Assembly: GCA_949289575.1 (NCBI GenBank)
Contig: CASEOG010000004.1
Span: forward strand, 6,053-70,052
DNA: 64,000 nucleotides
Direction: 5' to 3'
Origin: an uncultured Spirochaetales bacterium
GTDB lineage: Bacteria; Spirochaetota; Spirochaetia; JAFGXN01
Part shown: piece by piece, positions 46,807 to 56,573 of the stretch
Position numbering within the stretch: the first letter of the stretch is position 1
Layout: every line of letters begins with the position of its first letter
Notes under the pieces: generated by a model
What the model saw: the letters and a program-made list of their open reading frames with translations, nothing else
Told to the model about the DNA's origin: nothing
The model's database searches: none
Translations under genes and position numbers: made by a program

Positions 46807-47667
46807 ATGGTTTCTTCCCGGTTATCGAAAAAATTCAGAAAACATAAAGATACAATCCTCTTTGCGGTTTGTCTGCTCTTTTCTTTGTCGCTACTAGTTT
46901 TTTCGACTCCCGCCGGAATCGGCGGAATCGGGAAGATCGGCTTTTCTCTGGTTTCTGTCGTTCAGAAAGGATATTACGGAGCGGTCGGATTCTTTTCGGG
47001 GACGGTCAATTCCATTTCAGAACTGAAAAAACTGAAATCGGAGTATGAAGAATTAAAGAAGACGGTCGAAGAAAATTATCATTTTCTGAATACTCTGGAG
47101 AATCTCCGTGTAGAGAACGAACTTCTGAAAGAGCAGATGCATATTTCCCGTCAGCTGACATATGAACATATCACGACAAATGTCATTGCCAAAGATCCCG
47201 GTAATTTTCATTCGTATTTTAAAATCGGGTGCGGATCACGGGAAGGGGTTCAAAAATATATGCCGGTAATTGTTTCCCAGCGGGGCAAATACGGACTCGT
47301 CGGGCTTGTTATTATGACAGGTTATTCTTCTTCCGAAGTCATGCCTCTGTTTTCGAACGGTTGTTCGGTGGCAGCCCGATTATTGGAATCCAGATACGAC
47401 GGTCTTGTCTCCGGATTGGGATATACGTCGGACTATATTCTAATGAAGTATGTTTCTCAGGCGGCGAACGAAGAAATCAAAATCGGGGATCTTGTTGTGA
47501 CTTCCGGAATGCAGTCCATTTATCCTTACGGGATTCCCATCGGATATGTGGATCAGATTGTTTCGGGAAAGGGTGAGACAACAATTACACTCTATTTAAA
47601 ACCTGTGATTGAATTTTCCCAACTCGAATATGTTCAGGTTCTGAAAGCAAAAACTCCGGAGCTGTAG
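46807..47667 (+). CDS. mreC: rod shape-determining protein MreC
   Basis: N-terminal TM, coiled coil (ELKKLKSEYEELKKTVEEN), then beta-rich C-terminal domain. Conserved position after mreB. Confidence 0.8.
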   Translation: MVSSRLSKKFRKHKDTILFAVCLLFSLSLLVFSTPAGIGGIGKIGFSLVSVVQKGYYGAVGFFSGTVNSISELKKLKSEYEELKKTVEENYHFLNTLENLRVENELLKEQMHISRQLTYEHITTNVIAKDPGNFHSYFKIGCGSREGVQKYMPVIVSQRGKYGLVGLVIMTGYSSSEVMPLFSNGCSVAARLLESRYDGLVSGLGYTSDYILMKYVSQAANEEIKIGDLVVTSGMQSIYPYGIPIGYVDQIVSGKGETTITLYLKPVIEFSQLEYVQVLKAKTPEL

Positions 47668-47668
47668 C

Positions 47669-48187
47669 ATGTATTACAATATACGAAATAAAAGAATCAT
47701 TATTCATTTTATTGTATTGATGATCATGGCTGTCATGCAGGGTCTCTTTATCCGCTTCTTCGACTATTTCTGGGGAAATATAAATATTGCTTTGGTCTAC
47801 TTTATTTTTCTGTCATTCTATCTCGGAAAATCTGTCTCGTATAAAATCGGTTTTTGTTTCGGACTGCTGCTGGACTGTTTCGGTGCGACGTACGGGTTTT
47901 ATGCCTTTATTTTTGCGCTTCTCGGATATGTGACAGGTCTTTTCTCAGGGAAATTTTATCTGTCGGGGATTCTCCTGCCGGTTCTTTTTACACTGATTCT
48001 TTCGCTGTTTTATTTTGCGACGGGAACGGTTTTGCTTTATATATTTTTTACGGTGACATGGAGCCGCCTGCTGATTAATGCGGCAATACAAACTCTTTTA
48101 AATATTCTTTTGAGCCCGCTTGCGGCATTTCTCTTCAGACGCTATTTTTTCAGGCGTGTCGGAATAGTCGAAAATGGCAGACAGTAA
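47669..48187 (+). CDS. mreD: rod shape-determining protein MreD
   Basis: 172-aa polytopic membrane protein directly after mreC. Confidence 0.65.
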   Translation: MYYNIRNKRIIIHFIVLMIMAVMQGLFIRFFDYFWGNINIALVYFIFLSFYLGKSVSYKIGFCFGLLLDCFGATYGFYAFIFALLGYVTGLFSGKFYLSGILLPVLFTLILSLFYFATGTVLLYIFFTVTWSRLLINAAIQTLLNILLSPLAAFLFRRYFFRRVGIVENGRQ

Positions 48188-50042
48188 ATTTCAACAGCAA
48201 AACCTGAAACGCCGTGTTGCCGTATTGCTTTGGTTAACGGGGTTTGCTTTCTTTTTAATCATCACCCGTCTGTTTGTGTTGCAAATTGTCAATCAGGCGC
48301 AATATCAGGAAAAAGCGATTAATCTGGCACGGAGAGAAATTCGGATTCCGGCCTTAAGAGGAGATATTCTGGACTGTCACAACGAGCTCCTGGCCTCAAA
48401 TCGTGATACCTTTTCTATCGAAATTATTCCGGCAGATGTACCGAACGGACAGATGGAAGATGTTCTGACCAATCTTTCGTATGCCCTGAATATTCCTTAC
48501 CGGACACTGACCGAGAAAATTCCTCAGTCTAAATACCGTTCCTATTCTCCGATCGAGATTATTTCGGGAATCGGTTTGTCGGATATTGTTGTGATTGCCG
48601 AACACAGCGACCTGTATCCGGGCGTTTACTGGCATAATTTTTCAATCAGAAATTACGAAAACGTCGGATCGATGTTTCATATTATAGGATATATCAATAA
48701 AATCAGTCAGGAAGAGTTGCGTTTTTTATATAACCAGGGCTATCGAGGGTATTCCCAGATCGGAAAATCGGGAATCGAAAAAGAGTACGATACTCTTTTA
48801 AGAGGAATTGACGGTAAAAGATTTCAGTCTGTCGATGTTAAAGGCAGAACCATTGCCGCCGATCAGATCTCCGATATTCCTCCCGTGACCGGAAATTCTC
48901 TTGTTCTGACTATCGATCGCCGGATACAGCGTTTATGCGAGGATGCCTTGGGAGAGCGTCCGGGATCGGTTATTGTTCTTCGTCCTTCGACAGGAGAAAT
49001 TCTGGCAATGGTCTCCTATCCGTGGATAGATCCGAATATATTTTATGCCAACAAAAATCATCAGCAACTCTCCGACCATTATAACGATAAACAGAAGCCT
49101 TTTTTTAACCGCAGCATCAGTGCCGTTTATCCGCCGGCGTCGACCTTTAAAGCAATAATGGCAGCCATGATTCTGGAAGAAAACCTTGTTCCCGAAGATT
49201 ATACGGTAAATTGTACGGGAAGAGTTTTTATCGGAGACCGCTATTTTCATTGCACCAAACAGCACGGTAAAATGAATCTCAAATCGGCCGTATCGGAATC
49301 CTGCAACATCTATTTCTATACGATAGCCCATCAGTTTGCCGATATTTCGCTAATATCGGAATATGCATCGAAATTCGCATTGGGTGAAAAATCATTTATC
49401 GACTTACCCGAAGAATCGCCGGGAACACTTCCGACCCCGGAATGGAAACTGAAACAGTATTCCCGACGATGGGTCGGCGGCGATACGATTAATATGTCAA
49501 TCGGACAGGGCTTTCTGGCTGTGACGCCGCTTCAAATGGCCAATGCGTATGCAATGATCCTTAATAACGGAAAAATTTACAAACCTCATATTCTGAAAGC
49601 AATCCGTGATCCGGAGTCGGGACGAATCCTTTCCGAAGTGATGCCGGAAGTTATCCACTCGGTCGATATGGATCCGTCGACATACGAGAAAATTCGCAGG
49701 GCATTAAGAGAAACTTGTGTGTCGGGAACAGCGAAAAATGTACTGACAACCCGTCTTGTGAAGGTTGCGGGGAAGACAGGTACGGGACAGACAGCCGGTT
49801 TTACCGATAATTACGCGAGCTGGTTTATTTCATACGCTCCGTACGACGCTCCGCCGGAAGAGCAGATTCTGGTCTCGATTGTAATAGAACCGCAGGCCGG
49901 TACCGAGTACCAGTGGTGGACACCGTTTGCCGCCAATATCATTTATCAGGGAATTTTCGGAAATCAGGATTTCTATCAGGCCGTCAAAGCGCTGCACTGG
50001 CAGTGGCTTTTCCCCGATTTGGAGAAATATAAAAATGAATAA
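48174..50042 (+). CDS. mrdA: penicillin-binding protein 2 (peptidoglycan D,D-transpeptidase)
   Basis: 622 aa. N-terminal TM. PBP dimerisation domain. Transpeptidase motifs STFK, SxN (SESCN) and KTGT. Confidence 0.9.
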   Translation: MADSKFQQQNLKRRVAVLLWLTGFAFFLIITRLFVLQIVNQAQYQEKAINLARREIRIPALRGDILDCHNELLASNRDTFSIEIIPADVPNGQMEDVLTNLSYALNIPYRTLTEKIPQSKYRSYSPIEIISGIGLSDIVVIAEHSDLYPGVYWHNFSIRNYENVGSMFHIIGYINKISQEELRFLYNQGYRGYSQIGKSGIEKEYDTLLRGIDGKRFQSVDVKGRTIAADQISDIPPVTGNSLVLTIDRRIQRLCEDALGERPGSVIVLRPSTGEILAMVSYPWIDPNIFYANKNHQQLSDHYNDKQKPFFNRSISAVYPPASTFKAIMAAMILEENLVPEDYTVNCTGRVFIGDRYFHCTKQHGKMNLKSAVSESCNIYFYTIAHQFADISLISEYASKFALGEKSFIDLPEESPGTLPTPEWKLKQYSRRWVGGDTINMSIGQGFLAVTPLQMANAYAMILNNGKIYKPHILKAIRDPESGRILSEVMPEVIHSVDMDPSTYEKIRRALRETCVSGTAKNVLTTRLVKVAGKTGTGQTAGFTDNYASWFISYAPYDAPPEEQILVSIVIEPQAGTEYQWWTPFAANIIYQGIFGNQDFYQAVKALHWQWLFPDLEKYKNE

Positions 50043-51366
50043 CAGCGGCTTTACCGATCAAAAAAAATCTTTTTTCGGCTTTGATTTTGTTCTCGCCGTT
50101 ATGGTTCTGGCGTTGTGTACCGTCGGAATTCTTTTTATTTATTCCAGCGGAATTAATTCCGACAATTTTCAGACATCGACCGAGTTCATCAAGCAAATTG
50201 TATTCTCCATTATCGGTATTGCGTGTGCGGTTTTGGTGTTATTTATAGACTACAGCCGTTTCCGCTTCCTTTCTGTTTATCTTTATATTTTATCTCTGGT
50301 GGTTTTGGTCTTTCTTCTGATTTTCAGTCCTTTGATCAACGGTTCACGGTCATGGATCGGCATCGGCGGGTTCGGTATTCAACCGTCCGAATTGGTAAAA
50401 ATTTCTTACATTTTGGTCTTTGCCCGTTTTATTGAAAATAAACAGAAAGAAATCGGAACACTAAAGGTTTTTGCGGAAGCCTTTCTGCTGATGCTTCTGC
50501 CGGCAGGACTCGTTTTGCTTCAGCCCGATTTGGGGACTGCTTCGGTTTATTTTGCTTTGTTTTTTATAATGTTCTACTTCGGCGGCGGGAACGCCCGTTA
50601 TATTGTTTTCTCTCTTCTTGTTGTGATTATGACATCTGTCATTACGGTTTTACCTCATTGGGAAGTTCTGATTGCGCAACGAAAAGTTCCTCTTCTGTTG
50701 CTGCTGACCGATCCTGTTTATTATTTTCCGTTTTTGTTTTTTTGGCTGTTTGTTTTTATTGTCTCTGCTGTCGGTTTTTTTGTTTACAAAAAATCTTTCT
50801 TTTACCGAATAGCGTATGTATCACTGATTGTTTTTATCTCACTGGTTCTGGGGAAAATCGGATCGGGGGTTCTTAAAGATTATCAGATTAAACGGCTGAT
50901 TGTCTTTCTCGATCCCAAGGTCGATCCGTACGGTTCCGGATACCACATACTTCAATCACTGACTGTAATCGGATCCGGCGGATTTTCGGGAAAGGGATTT
51001 ATGAACGGAACGCTGGGAAAATACGATTTTCTGCCGCAAAGAAGTACCGATTTCATTTTTTCTACAATTGCGGAAGAATGGGGGTTTGCCGGCTGTTTTT
51101 TTGTACTGGCTCTTTTCGGGGCCGTCATGATAAAGATTATTCTGGCGGCACGTGATTCAAAAGATATCTTCGGGAGAATGATTTGCATCGGTGTTTTTGC
51201 TTTGATTTTTTATCACATGGTGATTAATATCGGAATGACAGTCGGCGTTATGCCGATTACCGGAATTCCTCTGATTTTTATTTCTTACGGCGGCTCTTCA
51301 CTGATTTCTTCCCTGATCGGCATAGGTTTTGTCCTCAATATCCGCATGAGGAGGTTCGGTATTTGA
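50035..51366 (+). CDS. rodA: peptidoglycan glycosyltransferase RodA (SEDS family)
   Basis: FtsW/RodA/SpoVE polytopic membrane protein with conserved C-terminal ...PITGIPLIFISYGGSS.... ATG 50035 (MNNSGFTD) was chosen over the upstream ORF extension. Confidence 0.85.
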   Translation: MNNSGFTDQKKSFFGFDFVLAVMVLALCTVGILFIYSSGINSDNFQTSTEFIKQIVFSIIGIACAVLVLFIDYSRFRFLSVYLYILSLVVLVFLLIFSPLINGSRSWIGIGGFGIQPSELVKISYILVFARFIENKQKEIGTLKVFAEAFLLMLLPAGLVLLQPDLGTASVYFALFFIMFYFGGGNARYIVFSLLVVIMTSVITVLPHWEVLIAQRKVPLLLLLTDPVYYFPFLFFWLFVFIVSAVGFFVYKKSFFYRIAYVSLIVFISLVLGKIGSGVLKDYQIKRLIVFLDPKVDPYGSGYHILQSLTVIGSGGFSGKGFMNGTLGKYDFLPQRSTDFIFSTIAEEWGFAGCFFVLALFGAVMIKIILAARDSKDIFGRMICIGVFALIFYHMVINIGMTVGVMPITGIPLIFISYGGSSLISSLIGIGFVLNIRMRRFGI

Positions 51367-53813
51367 ATCGGGATTTAAACGAAAAAATCAATTATCTTAT
51401 TGAAACCGGTGAATTTCTTAAAATCTCCAACCCGGTGCGTTACATGGGCGGCGAATTCGGCTGCGTCGACCCCGGTGAAAAACCGGATTCGGCCCTGAAG
51501 ACGGCGGTTTGTTTTCCCGATACCTATGAAATCGGAATGAGCAATATGGCCGTAAAAATTTTATATGAAATTCTGAACAGCGAACGGAATATACTTGCCG
51601 AGAGGGTTTTTCTTCCCGATCCCGATGCGGTCGCGTTTTTTGCCGAAAAAGAAATTCCTCTTTACTCTCTCGAGTCGAAAACACCTTTAAAAAATTTCGA
51701 TTTTCTTTTGATTACCGTCAGTTCGGAACTTCTGTATACAAATATTCTAAAAATACTCGAAATAAGCGGAATCCCCGCACGAAAAGAGGAGAGAACCGAA
51801 TCCGACCCGATTGTGATTATCGGCGGACCGGCTGTTACCAATCCGCTTCCTTTATCCCGCTTCGCCGATTTTGTCTGTATCGGTGAATTCGAGGCCTGTT
51901 TCCAACCCTATACTACGGTTGCCGGGAATCCGCAACTCAGCCGGGCCGAACGTTTATCGGTATTCGACCGATCGGTTCATTACTGGCGGCCCGGAAAGAA
52001 GGCCGTTCGGGCCGTTACTCCTTCTTTGTCCCGTCGTCCGAACCGTTTTTATCCCGTTCCCTCGGTCCGACTCTCGCAGGATCACGGCAGCGTCGAAATC
52101 ATGAGAGGCTGCCCGAACGGTTGCCGTTTTTGTCTTGCCGGGATTTATTACCGTCCGTTTCGGGAAAAGGCGCTTGCGGATGTGATCTCCGAGATCGATC
52201 ATCTTGTTTTCGGACTCGGTTACAGAGAAATTTCGTTGGCATCATTATCTTCCGGTGATTATTCGCAAATCGGAACTCTGATGAAAATCCTGGCAGAGCG
52301 GTATAAAGAAGAGCAGGTCTCTTTTTCGCTGCCTTCAATTAAAGTCAACTCTTTTACGCTTGATTTGCTGGAACCGCTTTCCGGAGTCAAAAAAAGCGGT
52401 CTGACTTTGGCCGTCGAAACCCCCGGAGAAGAAGGGCAGACTTCCGTCAATAAAAATGTTTCCCGGGAGAAATTATTTTCGATTATCGATGCCGCAAAGT
52501 CCCGCGGTTGGAAACTGATTAAACTTTATTTTATGATCGGTTTACCTTATTATATCGATGATCCGAAAAAAGAAAAAGAGATGATTATCGGACTCATCAG
52601 GGATGTTGCCTCTTATTCCGGTATGGCCATCAATGTCAACATCGGAACATTTATTCCGAAGCCGCATACCCCTTTTCAGTATTCCCCGCAATTGCCGTAT
52701 GAAAAAGCTAAAGAAATTTTAAAAGAGATAAAATTCGAATTTGCGGCAGAGAGAAAAATAAAAATTAACTATCACGATCCTTTTATTTCCTATGTCGAAA
52801 GTATTCTTTCAAAAGGCGATGACTCATGCTGTGATATTTTGGAAAAAGCCTATCGATACGGCGCGCAAATGGATGCCTGGAGTGAATATTTCAACAGAGA
52901 AGCATGGGAAAGGGCTTTTTCCGAACACCATCCCGATATTCACAGAATTCTGTCTGTCAACAGAGACTCTTATCCGTGGCAGGAGATTTCTCTTTCTGTT
53001 TCCGATTCCTTTTACAAAGAGGAATTTCGGAAATCTAAAATCCCCGAATTGACATCTCCCTGTTCCGAAACGTGCGATCATCCGTGCGGCAGCTGCAACA
53101 GAGCGGCAAAAATTTCCAGAACGAACGTTTGTTCGATGAATTTTATCCCTCCCAAACCGGATTCTGCTCCTGTTTCCGATCGGGCCCGTTGGTTTATTCT
53201 CCGTTTTTCGCGTCACGGAATGTCGACTTATATTTCCCAAAAAAATATGATTCCTTTGATGGAAAGAATTTTCTTTCGTGCCGGGTGGAAACTTCAGTTT
53301 ACGGAAGGGTTTAACCGGAAACCCAAAATGGAATTTGCCAATCCGCTTCCGATCGGTTATGCTTCCGATTCGGATTATATGCGCATCAGACTTTACAACA
53401 CGGAGTCGCCGGATTTACTTCTGCGTCGCATTTCGGATGTTTCGGAACCTTCCGTCAGGTTTCTCCTTCTCGATCCTGTCGAAATACCGGAGCAGACACA
53501 TCTTCCTTCTCTGATGAGTCTTTATTCATCTTCGGAGTTTCTGATTTCCGCATTGCCGGATTCGGGTTCTCTTTTTAAGAAACATTCGGATGCTGTCAGA
53601 AGTGAAGCTGCCGGAAATGATTTATTGTCGGTTCTTGACTCCGGGGCGGATTATCTCCGTTTCAATATAAAAAATCTTCCTTTAAAGAAAGTTCTTCCGT
53701 TTTTGGATTCTTCATCCGGTCTCGGGATCACTCGTACCGAAACCTTCTTTTTTCATCCTGTTCTGAAAAAGGAGCTTCCTTTCTCTTTTTATTCTTCCTA
53801 CTTCAAATTCTGA
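51363..53813 (+). CDS. fused radical SAM protein: TIGR03960-type B12-binding/radical SAM domain + TIGR03936 (DUF2344)-type C-terminal domain
   Basis: 816 aa. CxxxCxxC motif (MRGCPNGCRFCLAG). The N-terminal region resembles B12-binding-domain radical SAM proteins. The C-terminal ~230 aa resemble DUF2344. TTG start overlapping the rodA stop. Confidence 0.7.
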   Translation: MNRDLNEKINYLIETGEFLKISNPVRYMGGEFGCVDPGEKPDSALKTAVCFPDTYEIGMSNMAVKILYEILNSERNILAERVFLPDPDAVAFFAEKEIPLYSLESKTPLKNFDFLLITVSSELLYTNILKILEISGIPARKEERTESDPIVIIGGPAVTNPLPLSRFADFVCIGEFEACFQPYTTVAGNPQLSRAERLSVFDRSVHYWRPGKKAVRAVTPSLSRRPNRFYPVPSVRLSQDHGSVEIMRGCPNGCRFCLAGIYYRPFREKALADVISEIDHLVFGLGYREISLASLSSGDYSQIGTLMKILAERYKEEQVSFSLPSIKVNSFTLDLLEPLSGVKKSGLTLAVETPGEEGQTSVNKNVSREKLFSIIDAAKSRGWKLIKLYFMIGLPYYIDDPKKEKEMIIGLIRDVASYSGMAINVNIGTFIPKPHTPFQYSPQLPYEKAKEILKEIKFEFAAERKIKINYHDPFISYVESILSKGDDSCCDILEKAYRYGAQMDAWSEYFNREAWERAFSEHHPDIHRILSVNRDSYPWQEISLSVSDSFYKEEFRKSKIPELTSPCSETCDHPCGSCNRAAKISRTNVCSMNFIPPKPDSAPVSDRARWFILRFSRHGMSTYISQKNMIPLMERIFFRAGWKLQFTEGFNRKPKMEFANPLPIGYASDSDYMRIRLYNTESPDLLLRRISDVSEPSVRFLLLDPVEIPEQTHLPSLMSLYSSSEFLISALPDSGSLFKKHSDAVRSEAAGNDLLSVLDSGADYLRFNIKNLPLKKVLPFLDSSSGLGITRTETFFFHPVLKKELPFSFYSSYFKF

Positions 53814-53842
53814 AAAAAGCCGTCATTTTATGACGGCTTTTT
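53813..53842. terminator. bidirectional rho-independent terminator between convergent radical-SAM and greA genes
   Basis: A6-GCCGTCAT-ttt-ATGACGGC-T5 gives a perfect 8-bp stem flanked by an A-run and a T-run. Confidence 0.75.
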
Positions 53843-53858
53843 AACGGAGGGAATCCTC

Positions 53859-56558
53859 TCAGTCTATATCTTCGTAAGCCTCGATTCCCTTTACTTTGTA
53901 ACTGTAAGGAATTTCGTTGATTTCGAATACGAGCTTTTCTCCTGTTTTGGCGCCTATCAGGTTCTTTCCGAAAGGAGAGAGATAAGAAATAATATTTTCA
54001 TTCGGATCGGATTCCCACGGTCCGAGAATAGTGTAGTGTTCTTCTTTTCCGCTGGCAGTGTTCAACAGTGTTACCTTTGTTCCGAATCCGACTTGAGACG
54101 TATTAATCTCTTCTTTCTCGAAAACATGTGCTTTCTCAAGATCTTCCTGTAACTTGGAAGCGGTTGCATTCAGGATAGTCTGTTTTTCTTTTGCCGCTTT
54201 GTATTCGGCATTTTCTTTCAGGTCTCCCAGTTCCAACGCTTCTCCGATTTCTTTCGAGTTATTCGGAATTTCCACATCAATAATGTATTTGAGTTCACGT
54301 GATTTGGCCTGATGCGAACGTCTGAGAACAAGCAGTGTGCGTGAAATAATATCCCGCGCCGAAAGTGTTTTGCTTTGTTCGTCGCCGAATTTAAATTCGG
54401 GATGCGAGTCGGCAATCATTTTCCGGACTTCATGTTTCAGACTCAGCGAAAGACCTTTGATTTCGCTGACGATGGAATAAATCTTCGACAGCTTGTCGGA
54501 AGAGGCATGGGCGACCATTTCTTTCAGTCTTTCTTCTTTGAAAAGAATTGTCTCGATCTGCTGGGCCAGTTTTCGGTTTTCGCTGACGTTATACCGGTTG
54601 TCCATTTCTTTGTAGAGTGTTGACAGAAGCTGGACGGCATTGATGATGAAAGTTTCCTCGGTCACCCGGCAGAAATCCCGGTAGTCGGATGCATTCTTAA
54701 TCAGCCATATAAACGCCATTCGATCTTCTCTGAAATTGGAAGCAATTTCGGAAAACATTTCCGCAATCAGATCCGTTTGATTCTGATTCGTTAAATCATC
54801 GAGAATTGTCTTGTTGAGGCATTTCGGGAAAAGACGTGTGTAAATGACAGGCCAATCCGGAAATTCTTTAACAAAACGGATAAAACTTTTTCTGATTTCA
54901 GCGTCTTCGATTTTCTCGAAGATGGCAACCAGCTGGTTTTTGTCTTTCAGAATATCTTTAAAGTGACTGTGAAGTCCGGGGTTCAGATACGGATATTCTT
55001 TGACAATTTCACGAACAAGAACGTAGGCCGATATATTGATATCTGTCGGCTGGGACATTTCTTTCAGATAGGAAGTGAAATAGGTATAAATATCATTGAA
55101 ATAGTCGGAGTCGGGTTCGCATTCTTTGAGGAATTCTCTCATGACCTTTACGCGGGAATAAAATTTTGTATTGGCTTTGAAATTATTGTAGAGTTTTTCT
55201 TCCACGGTAATCGGTGTTTCGCGTACGGTAAAAACATCCGTCTGGTCCGGAAGATTGCCGAAGTCGGGATCTTTGTCGAGAATATTTTTGGCCTCTTTGC
55301 TCCAGGTATTCCATTCGGCAGGGGTCAGAATCGAAGGTACCAGTTCGGCTTTGATCTGTTTGAGTGAGGCCGAATTGTCGAAACTGGTGATAATGGTTCT
55401 GACAGCCCAGCGGGGGTCCGATTTGACGCGGTCATGAAGACGTTTTTTATCGATAACGCTTTTGAGAACCCAAATATGGTTTTTCGGCAGGCAGATAAGA
55501 GCCGTAACAGCCATATCGAGAGACATCGGATGATTGCGTTTTGTGACAAAATCGATATTCAATGTTTCGTTGTCGATGTTGCGGATAACGCCGATTCCCC
55601 AGGTGCGGTGATAGACAAAAGCACCGGAGTCAAACGAGATATGTTTTTCGAAATCCAGAATTGCTTCGTGAATATTACGCCACTCTTTGTTTAATTCCGA
55701 TTTCTCGATATAACTCTCGACTTTCGAATGATTGGCATATTTTCGCTTATAACATTCAACCAGCTGTTTTCTGACATCCGAGTCTTTCGGGTTGTAATCC
55801 ACGATTTTTTTCAGTACGGTAATGCAGAGGTCCCATTTTTCCGACTCCCGTGCCGCATTGTAAAGGTCGAGAAGGAGTTGGGATGCTTTTTCGGTATCGA
55901 AAGAAACCGCTACCTTTTTTTCCGTGTTCAGGAAAAAATTCAGGTCGTCGAAATCGAGCGAAAGCAGACGGGTCCATAATTCTTTGACGTGATTGAATGC
56001 TTTTTTGTTGATATAGCGGTAGACAGCTTTTTTGTAATAATCGACGGCTTCTTCCGTTTTGCCTTCTTCTTTTTTCCTGTCGGCAATATTTTTGACAATA
56101 TCGGCTTCGTCGTAATCGATTTTAATAAGACGTTCCCATACCTCGTATTTTTTTTCCTCGTTGTTCGATTGGGCGTAACATAACGAAAGGGTCCGCAGTG
56201 CCAGTTTCTGCTCGCCGAAAGAGAGCATTTTTTCGCAAATTCCCTCGACAATCTGAAATTTATGGTTGTCGGTAAAAATTTCAATCAGTTTTGTGATAAC
56301 GGAATCATCAATCAATTGAAAATAGAGCGATAAAATGCCGGTGATATACATGGCAATAATGCTGTTCTGCGTATGAGCAATGTGTTCATCGCAAAGCGTT
56401 TTCAGCTGCATGGCATAATCGTTGGCAATCGCATCGTCAATAATGGCGTCGAGTTCTTTAAAGTAGGTCATTGTATAACTGTTCAGGGCAGCCCGTGTCC
56501 ATTTTTCTTCGTCCAACTGTCTGGTGATCTGATTCAGTTTTGCCTCAATGTCATTCAT
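53859..56558 (-). CDS. greA: transcription elongation factor GreA, long spirochete-type form (large N-terminal extension)
   Basis: 899 aa. The C-terminal ~150 aa carry the GreA/GreB coiled-coil (LELGDLKENAEYKAAKEKQ) and FKBP-like domain (VGFGTKVTL...HYTILGPWESDP). The N-terminal ~740 aa are helical and uncharacterised. Confidence 0.75.
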   Translation of the reverse strand: MNDIEAKLNQITRQLDEEKWTRAALNSYTMTYFKELDAIIDDAIANDYAMQLKTLCDEHIAHTQNSIIAMYITGILSLYFQLIDDSVITKLIEIFTDNHKFQIVEGICEKMLSFGEQKLALRTLSLCYAQSNNEEKKYEVWERLIKIDYDEADIVKNIADRKKEEGKTEEAVDYYKKAVYRYINKKAFNHVKELWTRLLSLDFDDLNFFLNTEKKVAVSFDTEKASQLLLDLYNAARESEKWDLCITVLKKIVDYNPKDSDVRKQLVECYKRKYANHSKVESYIEKSELNKEWRNIHEAILDFEKHISFDSGAFVYHRTWGIGVIRNIDNETLNIDFVTKRNHPMSLDMAVTALICLPKNHIWVLKSVIDKKRLHDRVKSDPRWAVRTIITSFDNSASLKQIKAELVPSILTPAEWNTWSKEAKNILDKDPDFGNLPDQTDVFTVRETPITVEEKLYNNFKANTKFYSRVKVMREFLKECEPDSDYFNDIYTYFTSYLKEMSQPTDINISAYVLVREIVKEYPYLNPGLHSHFKDILKDKNQLVAIFEKIEDAEIRKSFIRFVKEFPDWPVIYTRLFPKCLNKTILDDLTNQNQTDLIAEMFSEIASNFREDRMAFIWLIKNASDYRDFCRVTEETFIINAVQLLSTLYKEMDNRYNVSENRKLAQQIETILFKEERLKEMVAHASSDKLSKIYSIVSEIKGLSLSLKHEVRKMIADSHPEFKFGDEQSKTLSARDIISRTLLVLRRSHQAKSRELKYIIDVEIPNNSKEIGEALELGDLKENAEYKAAKEKQTILNATASKLQEDLEKAHVFEKEEINTSQVGFGTKVTLLNTASGKEEHYTILGPWESDPNENIISYLSPFGKNLIGAKTGEKLVFEINEIPYSYKVKGIEAYEDID

Positions 56559-56573
56559 TCTTTTTTCTCCCTG

